Shown here: positions 9,576 through 18,175 of the stretch, in pieces
How positions within the stretch are numbered: position 1 is the stretch's first letter
Layout: each line of letters starts with the position of its first letter
Origin: a bacterium
GTDB lineage: Bacteria > UBP15 > UBA6099 > JAJRTR01
NCBI GenBank assembly: GCA_024278215.1
Contig: JAJRTR010000164.1
Span: forward strand, 1 to 41,290
DNA length: 41,290 nt
Direction: 5' to 3'
The notes under the pieces: model-generated
Database searches by the model: none
What the model was told of the DNA's origin: nothing
What the model saw: the letters and a program-made list of their open reading frames with translations, nothing else
Program-made: the position numbers and the translations under genes

Positions 9576-10671
9576 TTACAAAACCCAGGCGGATAAGTAT
9601 GAATTCATCGCAGGTCAGCATGGAGGATACTATCGCCATGACTTTATAGACCATGCGTATCTGTATAACCTTTATTTTCCTCCTGAAGAAGTTTTTGATA
9701 TCTTAAAAAACCGAATCCACGACCTTGTTCTTAACTACCCTGTTGCCCAGAACGCCCTTGCCGCTCTTGTGGGTAACCTGATTAATCAACACCCTCAACG
9801 TATTGTTGTCGGTAACGGTGCAGCAGAACTTATCAAAATAGTCTCAGGACATATTGCCCACAGGATTATTGTTCCAGTACCTTCTTTTAATGAATATATA
9901 AACGCAGCACCAAAGGTGCGGGCCATAGAGTTTCTACTTGAATTTCCGTCCTTTCATCTGGATGTAGATAAATTTGCAGCTCAAGCGATTAAAGACAAAG
10001 CAGATGTTGCTGTTGTGGTAACACCGAATAACCCGACCTCCATGGCCATTCCCAAACTCGATCTAATACGCCTGGCAAAAAAACTGGCCAATCATGATTG
10101 TCATCTGATTATTGATGAATCCTTTATCGATTTTGTCGTGGACAGCGCTCAGACAACCATGGAACGTGAAATTGAGCAATATCCGAACATTTCCATTTTC
10201 AAAAGCATGAGTAAGGCATATGGCATCTGTGGTCTTCGCATCGGCTATCTTCTGACGGCAAATTCAGAATTTGCCCAAGCTGTACGTCAAGGAGTTCATA
10301 TCTGGAACATTAACGGATTTGCCGAGGAGTTCTTAAGGATTTTACCCGATTTTAGTGAAGTTTTTATTGAAAGCTGTAACCATGTAAAGGAAGACCGTGA
10401 CAAGCTTTATGAAGACCTGAAGAGTTTTCCGGAAGTAAAGATTTACAAACCTGATGCTAACTTTATTTTTTGCCGTCTGCCTGATTCCGCGCCAAATGGG
10501 CCTGAAATAACAAAGAAATTATTTATTGAGCATAACATTTACATAAAACACTGTCGGGATAAAACTCTTCAGGATTCTGACCGTTACATTCGTATTGCTT
10601 CTCGAACTCAAAGCGAGAATTCCAACCTGTTGGATGCACTGGCGTCTATCCTTGGATATAAAAACAGTTAG
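9562..10671 (+). CDS. PLP-dependent class I/II enzyme (HisC/CobD-like aminotransferase or amino-acid-phosphate decarboxylase)
   Basis: VGNGAAELI, PSFNEY, TPNNPT, IDESFIDF, KSMSKAYGICGLRIGY (PLP lysine) and ANFIF. Start is 9562 or 9529. Confidence 0.9.
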   Translation: MVNSDYKTQADKYEFIAGQHGGYYRHDFIDHAYLYNLYFPPEEVFDILKNRIHDLVLNYPVAQNALAALVGNLINQHPQRIVVGNGAAELIKIVSGHIAHRIIVPVPSFNEYINAAPKVRAIEFLLEFPSFHLDVDKFAAQAIKDKADVAVVVTPNNPTSMAIPKLDLIRLAKKLANHDCHLIIDESFIDFVVDSAQTTMEREIEQYPNISIFKSMSKAYGICGLRIGYLLTANSEFAQAVRQGVHIWNINGFAEEFLRILPDFSEVFIESCNHVKEDRDKLYEDLKSFPEVKIYKPDANFIFCRLPDSAPNGPEITKKLFIEHNIYIKHCRDKTLQDSDRYIRIASRTQSENSNLLDALASILGYKNS

Positions 10672-10681
10672 GGCAGACTTA

Positions 10682-11329
10682 ATGAAAAAGTCACAATATC
10701 CGCAATCACATCAGACAGGAATGCTTTACTTTGCCAGAGATATTCCAAACATCTGTTCCCTTGCCGGGCTTTTATGTGCTGTCCTGGGCATGTACTTTGC
10801 TATTCTGCGAATTTTTCCGGTGGCCATCACAGGAATGCTCTGGGCTGTTGTTTTTGACTGGAGTGATGGAATCATTGCCCGCAAAATAAAGGGCAGAACA
10901 GATGTGCAAAGAACATTCGGCGGACAGCTGGATTCATTGATCGATATGGTAAGCTTCGGAATATGTCCTGCTGTTATTCTTTTAAGCTATGGGGATTTTA
11001 GTCCATGGTTCCTGCCGGGAGCCTTTGTAATTGTCGCCACCAGTGCAATAAGACTGAGCTACTTCAATGTTTTCGGCCTTGTAGATGATTCAACTTATAT
11101 GGGGCTTGCACTTGATAACAATATAATAATTCTTTCTTTTGTTTTTCTATTTGATAGTTTTTTCAGCCACTCGGTTTTTTCGGCCATTCTCTATACAATG
11201 TTCATGGTTCTGGCGGCTTTTAACATAGCTTCTGTTAAAACCCCAAAATTCACCGGAAAATGGTTTTATATTCTCATACTTTATTCAATCACATTAACAA
11301 TTATCTACAGTTGGATACTATGGGGATGA
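10682..11329 (+). CDS. CDP-alcohol phosphatidyltransferase family membrane protein
   Basis: Signature DWSDGIIARK...FGGQLDSLID, IPNICS, RLSYFN and multiple hydrophobic segments. Confidence 0.9.
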   Translation: MKKSQYPQSHQTGMLYFARDIPNICSLAGLLCAVLGMYFAILRIFPVAITGMLWAVVFDWSDGIIARKIKGRTDVQRTFGGQLDSLIDMVSFGICPAVILLSYGDFSPWFLPGAFVIVATSAIRLSYFNVFGLVDDSTYMGLALDNNIIILSFVFLFDSFFSHSVFSAILYTMFMVLAAFNIASVKTPKFTGKWFYILILYSITLTIIYSWILWG

Positions 11330-11759
11330 GCACGACAAATAAGTGTAAACAATACAGTTCCTTGCCTGAATCCGAATACCTGCACGTTTTTGTCATTTTT
11401 CGAAATCCATATCCATATTTTGATCATTCTATCCACCCAATAAACAGGGATTATCACGAATAGAATTGTTTCCCTGATTTCAGAGCAAAATATTTCCCCT
11501 TCTTTCAGAATCCCTAACCCGGAAAACCGGTGCCAAACAGGCCGCATTTTCGTGCCCAAACAAATGCGGTTTGAGCACGGCACACAGAGTTCCATCGTTC
11601 TAAAGGTCTACCTCGGAAACGCCTGTAACTGGAAGCTCCAGCTTTCACCGATCTCTTTTCAGCATTTCTCTACCATCCTGCGTAGCATTTCAGTCGTAAG
11701 ATACAATTGAAAACCGCTATAGAAATCACCGATTGTTCATTTCTTTGATTATGATGATA

Positions 11760-11795
11760 TATCCTTCTGTCTGCGCGACCATGGGCTCGTGCTCC
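11760..11795 (+). repeat. 36-bp direct repeat, left copy (REP-like hairpin or att-like site)
   Basis: TATCCTTCTGTCTGCGCGACCATGGGCTCGTGCTCC is 35/36 identical to 22936-22971. Confidence 0.9.
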
Positions 11796-11898
11796 AGCCG
11801 GGCCGCCCTGCTTTACTCGAAATAATTTCGCCCGGACTCGTAACAAACGTGATTTTGTACATGGCTCTTTTGGGAGATTATAAAAATCATGAAAAGTC

Positions 11899-11926
11899 TT
11901 GATAAAAGGTCAAATAATGTTATACT
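11899..11926 (+). promoter_or_regulatory. Sigma70-type promoter for the giant-protein operon
   Basis: TTGATA, 16-nt spacer, TATACT, with a TGn extended -10 and an AT-rich upstream region. Confidence 0.55.
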
Positions 11927-12129
11927 TAGCGCCAATCAATTCAATTCAAATCATTTCATTCATTTTGATGACGAATGTGTCGGTTCATTTCAGGTGAATA
12001 TACGATGAGGAACGCCATTTTCAGGTATCGTGTACGGTCAGTTGGGAAGATCGTAAAAATACCGATCCGTTGAAGACGGATGTATGTTCTGAAAATCGAC
12101 GACAATCACGGTATACCAGGGAAAAAAAT

Positions 12130-15100
12130 ATGATAAATACAAAGTTGATCAAGGGAATCGTTTTTACGGTGTCATTTTTTTTGTGTGGTCTGTTTGCGGC
12201 TGTGCCTGCCGCGGCGCAGGACACAACGCCACCCTCGTGCGTTGTTGACGAGCTGGCCGATATACAGGGCGAGGCCACTTTCGCGGTGCACTGGGCCGGT
12301 GCCGACGAGTCCGGCGGATCGGGACTGACGGGGCTGTATCGTGTGCAGGTGCAGGACGCTGCCGAGGGTACATGGACCGACTGGCTGGTGAATACGGAAC
12401 AGACTAACGGCAGTTTTGCGGGCCTGGACGGACATACATATTATTTTCAGTGTGCGGCTAAAGATGTCGCAGGCAACTGGACCGCGCTTGCCGCCGATGG
12501 GTTCGGAGACACGGCTACTACGGTCAGGACGGAAAATTTGTCCGTCCAAATTGTTAACGACGGCACGGGCGATGATACCGATTTCACTTCCAGCGCCGAC
12601 ACACTGTCCGGCAACTGGAGCGAGGCATCAGGGGCCGTGGGCTACTCCTATTGCATCGGCACGGCTCCCGGCGAGGCCAATGTTCTGGCATGGACCGATA
12701 CGTCGAGCACTTCCTTCACCGACTCGGGACTCACCCTGGTGCACGGTGTGGTTTACTATATTTCCGTGCGTGCCAAAACCGCCGCGGATTACTATGGCGA
12801 CATATCTGTTTCGGACGGTATCGTTTCAGACCAGACAGCGCCGGACGCGCCATCGGTGGATACGGACGCGCAGATTCAATCCACAAGCATGATCCAGGCC
12901 ACATGGTCAGCCTCCGATCCCGAGTCCGGCATAGTGCGTTACGAAGTGTCCGTGGGCACGACGGCGGGTGGCACCGATGTCGGCGACTGGGCGTCCGCGG
13001 GTTCGGCCACGGTGTATGACATTACGGGATTGAGCCTTACCGTGGGCGGCACATATTTCGTAAATGTGCGTGCTGTCAACGGCGCAGGGGCCGTGAGCGA
13101 CGTGGGATCGTCGTCCGCTGTCGTCGTGGTCGGCACAATACCGGCCGCGCCCGCGTATGTTAACGACGGCACCGGCCAGGACGCGGAGTACACCTCCGAT
13201 ACCACACGGCTGTCGGCCAACTGGAGCGCTGTCGCCGACGCCTCAAGATATGATTATGCCGTCGGGACAACACCGCTGGGCACCGACATCGTGAACTGGA
13301 CGGACGCGGGAGCGGTTACCTCTTACGAAGTATCTTCGCTCACACTTACTTCCGGAACCACGTACTATTTTTCGGTTCGCGCGATCAACGGGTCCACACC
13401 GGGACCGGCCATAACCTCGGACGGTATAACCGCGGACACCTCCGCGCCCAGCACACCGATTGTCGAAACCCCCGAATTGCTGATAAGCAATACCACACAG
13501 TTGCAGGCTTCGTGGAACGCGGAGGAACCTGAATCCGAAATCACACTTTATGAATATGCCGTGGGAACATCTCCCACGAGTCAGGATGCCCTGGGTTGGA
13601 CCGGCACCGGCACCAGCGTCTCCGTCGTCATCAACAATATAGACATGCAAGTGGGTAAGACCTATTTTATCCAGGTGCGGGCCACAAACGGCGCGGGTCT
13701 TGTCAGCAACACAGGTGTGTCCGATGCAGTCGTTGTCACACACAACGCAGACATTACCACTACTTTCAGCCCTTCCGAAGTCACTACCGTTCAGACCGAT
13801 GCCGGGAACGCCGACTCTATTATTACAATATATTTCAACGAAAGCAGTGGCGTTGGTGTGGACTATCATCAGCTACAGATGCTTTATGTACTCGACAACG
13901 GCACCGAGTTCGAAGACCAGGTACGAATGATCACCGGTACGGGGCAGCCCGATCCCATCCAGGTGGGCGGAGACGCCGGTATGTCCATCGACGCCGGAAT
14001 ATCCATCACCCCGGGCGGGGCTGAATCGTATCGTTTCGCAGTGGTGATTCCCGAATACATTGTAACCCATGCGGTGGGCGGACGTGCCGATGCTTCTTTG
14101 ACAATGCGTTTCATCTTCACCGGTACGGACGAAAGCAAGCAGGAAGTGACAACAATTACGAACGTGCCTCTGGTTCTTTCTTCACATGCCGCCGCCGCTT
14201 CAGACCTGCACGTGGACGAAGTATCCATCACATCGCCCACCGCCGGCATGAATATCACGAACCCCGTTGCTTTTGCCGCCGCCGCCACCGTCAAAACCAC
14301 GGGCAGCGGAGACATCAAGGGCTACTGGGAACTCGACGGACGGCCCTACCACGAATTCAGGGAACACGCCTCCGCGGGAAGCGACATGACATTGAGTGTA
14401 AAGCTGCCCGAGTCGCTGGGGGGCCGCCACACGCTTATTCTGAAGATCATCATGCCGGAAGTTATGGAATCCGCACCGGTCGTCTTTACTGTAACCGACG
14501 TAATCAAGGGGGCCGTATTTACGGACTTCTGGGCCGGGGACCTTCACTTCACCGATGTGCGCGCAATCTTCGATGGAGACCTCAAGGCTTACAGCGGGTC
14601 CGCAAAACTGGAATACGGAGTGATCAGGCTCGAAACACCTGTTCCTTTCAGCAACCTGACAATCGAAGAACGAAACGGACGCTATGAGCTTACAGGCGGT
14701 GCCCTCAAGACAGAGATCGATTTCAGAGAAGTTCATGATGCACTCAGCATCTATGTGGACCGGCTGGCTGTGACCACGAGCGGAGCGAAGGTGGACGGGC
14801 GTGTGCATTTCGAAGGAGCCGATGGGGTGCCGGGCATAGGGCCGCTGCATTTCTACGGTGTTGACATTACATCCGACGGCATTACAGGCTCGGTAACATT
14901 CCCTGAAAAGCAACAGGGCACCATCGGCATTTTCAACATCGCCATCAACTCCGTACATTTTTCATACACTTCCGGCGGGCTGACGCTGGACGCCTCTGCC
15001 GTGCTCACACTGGGCGACGAGGGAACAGCGGGCGGTTCACTGGATTGCGTATTCAGCGTTTCCAGTTCCGGTTCGGCTGTTTTCCGGGTCGGCGAGCAGG

Positions 15101-18100
15101 CATACGAAAAAGCAGGTATCACCGACACACAATCCGGGCTCGGCAACGATCTGGTACTGGCTGGATTCACGTACCATGTAACCTATGGCGAACTCAGCGA
15201 AAAAGACGGCGCACTGGCTCTCGACGCCACCGGCGGCGCACTGGACGCGGCAGCGGCTCTCGGACCCGGAGTCAAGCTGAATATCGGCTCCTTACGTATG
15301 ATCGACACGGGCTCGATCACGCTGTCGGACATATCGTCGCCCGAATTCAGTTTCGGCTCCTTCTCGGCAAAAGCCACAGCACGTGAAATCACGCTTTCTC
15401 TGGGTGAGATCCCGGACCTTGTTCTGGACATGGAGATCACAGCGCCGATGGGCGGCGGGAAGCTCGTGTTGACCGCAGAAAATGTCCCTGTTGGCAAAGA
15501 AGGCATCCGTGATGCGGACATCACCGTCAAACCCGCCGGAGGCAGCGATCATGTGGCGGAACTCCGCTTGCTCGACTGGGCGGACCTGAAGGTAAGTAGC
15601 GCAATCATACACGTCAAGGACCGCAAACCCACAGGTATGGTTCTGACGGCAGGGCTGTCTTTCGACGGCAAAGGTTTCGAATCTGAAAATATTACCTGGG
15701 AAAACAACGACTGGAGCGGTACGCTGCACGCCGTGGGCGATCCGTCATTCGAGCTTGCAGGCGCGAAAATGGAGTTCCCGGCGGGCAGTGAGATAGACCT
15801 TACCATGAAAGGCGAGGGCAATGACGGACACAGCGTCGCCGTAATATTCAAAAACACTTCATTCGACTTTTCCGGACTGATAGGCAAGCCTTTCAAGTTC
15901 ACCGTGGACGAGTTGTCTGTAACCGACGGTGCAGTCGCCGCGGACGTCAGCGTGCATGACACCGTTACGCTGGCCGACCTGTCGCTTGCTATCAACAAGT
16001 TGCATATCGACAGCCCCAGACCCGCCACGGGCGGTAAACGGACAATCGACGCACTGCTCGGAGGCACACTTATTCTGAACGCCGGGCGTAAAATAAAAAT
16101 CGGATTCAACAATATGAAGATGTCGAGCACCGGTGAGATCGGTGGCGATATTTCTCCGGGTTACGACACGGAGTTCAACATGTTCGGGGCCTCGTTCCGG
16201 ATCAAAAAGATACATCTTGACAAACCGGCGGACGGCGAACTCCGGTTCACTATGGACGGCTCTATAGGATTCCTGAATTCACGCGTGGACTTTACGGGCA
16301 TGACATACAGGAAAGGCAAACTGAACGTACACGCCGAAGTGTCGGGAAACGCACCGCTGCGAATGCCCGGCCTGCATTTCATAGGCTTCACAAAGCTTGA
16401 CGTAGTGGACAACAAACTGGAGGCCGACGGATTTTTCGAACTGCCCGCGCCCATCAACAAGCGTGTTCCGCTGGAAAACCTCGCCATCGACACATCCGGC
16501 GGGCTGCCCGACAGAATTGAGATCGACAATCTTTCTTTCAACGTGGACGACTTCACGTTCAAAGTCTCGAAGGCGAGTTTCGAGTTTAAAACCAAGGCAC
16601 TGACACTCGATGGGAATATTGCATTGCCTGACGGATATTTCGACCAGATGATACCGTTCCGGAATGTGAGCCTGACAATGCCCGAGGGCGATTCAGGGCG
16701 TCCCGCGCAGGCGGATATGTCAAAGGCAAGCACGACGGCCACGGAGATAAAGGACACAAGGCACAACCTCCCGCTCCAGATCAGCAAGTTTTCCATCGGC
16801 ATCGATCCTGCTCACAACAGCAAGTGGTTCGTGAATCTGTCGGGCAAGCTCAGTATGGAACTCGACGGCCAGAGTTTTTACCTGGACTTCCTGAATTATA
16901 AAATATACTCGGACATGAGCATGAGCATGGGCAGAGTATCAGGCGGATTGAAGATCGGCGGGTTCGACGTAAATGTAGACGACCTCGATATCGTGGACAA
17001 CGTGAGCGATCCATACACTCAGATAACCGGTGGCATGTCCATGGAATCGCTCGGCACCGTTGCGGTCAAGGACCTGCGCATACACAGGTCGGGAGCCGTG
17101 GAACTGGCCGGAGTGCATCTTGACATGGACTACAACGCCTACAAATATGACGTGAACATCAGCTATATCGACAAGACATTCAAGGGCAGCGGCAGGATCA
17201 CGTTTGAAAACGAGGAACTCGACGTGTCCGCTATATTCGGTCCTTCCGAATGGATGCTGGACATAGAGGCAAGCGGCCTCGACATCGAACTGTTCCCGGG
17301 CGTGACCCTGGTAAAGGTCGGCGGCGGCGTGCATTACTGGAAAAACAGCAATTTGCTGAAATTCAAAATCGACTGCGGACTTGCTCTCCCCGAAAAAGAT
17401 GTGCTGTACGGAGACGTCGAACTTGACGTGGCCACCAATGGGATCATCGGCATCAATGGGAATCTCATCATGTTCGACTCCCTGCCGGTCAAGGAGGCCT
17501 ACATCCATATCGATATTCCACACGCTACCCTGGCCGGCACAATTGTGCTGAATAAAACAATTGGAGGCGTCGCGAATGCCGATGTGACGCTCGATGTTTT
17601 GTTTTCGCCGAACAACTGGTATCTCAGCGGCAATGGCAACGCAAACATACTGGGAAGTCTCAGTATCAATCCAGTGAGCTTCCGGCTTGACAGCAACGGT
17701 TTCCGCGCAAGCGGCCACAGCAATATCAATGTTGTAATTATGACTGCGGGATTTGATTTTAACCTTGACATAACCACCGGAGGCAGCGTGAGCGGCTCAT
17801 TCGCCGGTCACGTGGGTGCCACGATTCTTGGCATTGTACACGTTTCAGGCGACCTGGAGGTAGCCTATATCAACGGCGCGTTCGACGGCCATGTCGGGCT
17901 GAGCGGCTGCCTCGACGTCTGCATGCCCGGCTGCTCCTGGCACTGGGTAAACCACTGCTGCTGCGGTTTCAATTATCCCTGCGGCTGCTCATGGCACTGG
18001 TGGGGCATTTCCTGTGGTTCATGCCACACGCAAATATGTGTTCCCCTGTACCAGCCCTATAATTGCAGTTGGTGTTACAGTAAAATCCATAAATGCGCCA

Positions 18101-18153
18101 GCATCAATGTTTACCTGCGGATCGACAGCGGCGGCATTCACGCCCATCTATAA
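12130..18153 (+). CDS. Giant secreted protein (~2007 aa): signal peptide, ~5 FN3-like domains, Ig-like domains, long beta-rich repeat region, C-terminal 14-Cys hairpin
   Basis: Signal peptide MINTKLIKG...AVPAAA/QD. FN3-like repeats (W...D.ESGI..Y...VGT..G...W; G.TY...VRA.NGAG). Recurring G.(L/I).(L/F)....F.(N/D)(L/M).I...G units. ATG 12130 follows AGGGA. Confidence 0.85.
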   Translation: MINTKLIKGIVFTVSFFLCGLFAAVPAAAQDTTPPSCVVDELADIQGEATFAVHWAGADESGGSGLTGLYRVQVQDAAEGTWTDWLVNTEQTNGSFAGLDGHTYYFQCAAKDVAGNWTALAADGFGDTATTVRTENLSVQIVNDGTGDDTDFTSSADTLSGNWSEASGAVGYSYCIGTAPGEANVLAWTDTSSTSFTDSGLTLVHGVVYYISVRAKTAADYYGDISVSDGIVSDQTAPDAPSVDTDAQIQSTSMIQATWSASDPESGIVRYEVSVGTTAGGTDVGDWASAGSATVYDITGLSLTVGGTYFVNVRAVNGAGAVSDVGSSSAVVVVGTIPAAPAYVNDGTGQDAEYTSDTTRLSANWSAVADASRYDYAVGTTPLGTDIVNWTDAGAVTSYEVSSLTLTSGTTYYFSVRAINGSTPGPAITSDGITADTSAPSTPIVETPELLISNTTQLQASWNAEEPESEITLYEYAVGTSPTSQDALGWTGTGTSVSVVINNIDMQVGKTYFIQVRATNGAGLVSNTGVSDAVVVTHNADITTTFSPSEVTTVQTDAGNADSIITIYFNESSGVGVDYHQLQMLYVLDNGTEFEDQVRMITGTGQPDPIQVGGDAGMSIDAGISITPGGAESYRFAVVIPEYIVTHAVGGRADASLTMRFIFTGTDESKQEVTTITNVPLVLSSHAAAASDLHVDEVSITSPTAGMNITNPVAFAAAATVKTTGSGDIKGYWELDGRPYHEFREHASAGSDMTLSVKLPESLGGRHTLILKIIMPEVMESAPVVFTVTDVIKGAVFTDFWAGDLHFTDVRAIFDGDLKAYSGSAKLEYGVIRLETPVPFSNLTIEERNGRYELTGGALKTEIDFREVHDALSIYVDRLAVTTSGAKVDGRVHFEGADGVPGIGPLHFYGVDITSDGITGSVTFPEKQQGTIGIFNIAINSVHFSYTSGGLTLDASAVLTLGDEGTAGGSLDCVFSVSSSGSAVFRVGEQAYEKAGITDTQSGLGNDLVLAGFTYHVTYGELSEKDGALALDATGGALDAAAALGPGVKLNIGSLRMIDTGSITLSDISSPEFSFGSFSAKATAREITLSLGEIPDLVLDMEITAPMGGGKLVLTAENVPVGKEGIRDADITVKPAGGSDHVAELRLLDWADLKVSSAIIHVKDRKPTGMVLTAGLSFDGKGFESENITWENNDWSGTLHAVGDPSFELAGAKMEFPAGSEIDLTMKGEGNDGHSVAVIFKNTSFDFSGLIGKPFKFTVDELSVTDGAVAADVSVHDTVTLADLSLAINKLHIDSPRPATGGKRTIDALLGGTLILNAGRKIKIGFNNMKMSSTGEIGGDISPGYDTEFNMFGASFRIKKIHLDKPADGELRFTMDGSIGFLNSRVDFTGMTYRKGKLNVHAEVSGNAPLRMPGLHFIGFTKLDVVDNKLEADGFFELPAPINKRVPLENLAIDTSGGLPDRIEIDNLSFNVDDFTFKVSKASFEFKTKALTLDGNIALPDGYFDQMIPFRNVSLTMPEGDSGRPAQADMSKASTTATEIKDTRHNLPLQISKFSIGIDPAHNSKWFVNLSGKLSMELDGQSFYLDFLNYKIYSDMSMSMGRVSGGLKIGGFDVNVDDLDIVDNVSDPYTQITGGMSMESLGTVAVKDLRIHRSGAVELAGVHLDMDYNAYKYDVNISYIDKTFKGSGRITFENEELDVSAIFGPSEWMLDIEASGLDIELFPGVTLVKVGGGVHYWKNSNLLKFKIDCGLALPEKDVLYGDVELDVATNGIIGINGNLIMFDSLPVKEAYIHIDIPHATLAGTIVLNKTIGGVANADVTLDVLFSPNNWYLSGNGNANILGSLSINPVSFRLDSNGFRASGHSNINVVIMTAGFDFNLDITTGGSVSGSFAGHVGATILGIVHVSGDLEVAYINGAFDGHVGLSGCLDVCMPGCSWHWVNHCCCGFNYPCGCSWHWWGISCGSCHTQICVPLYQPYNCSWCYSKIHKCASINVYLRIDSGGIHAHL

Positions 18154-18175
18154 GCGGGACTTTCGGAGGACATAA

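Noticed and set aside
11533-11583. Alternative hairpins (CCGCATTT/AAATGCGG and CGTGCCCAAAC/GTTTGAGCACG) as an ncRNA or attC site
   Set aside because: It is single-copy in the window with no recognisable family features and no integrase, so it cannot be supported beyond a possible REP or terminator.
17900-18153. Diversity-generating retroelement target at the giant protein's C-terminus
   Set aside because: No template repeat differing at adenines and no reverse transcriptase were seen in the window.
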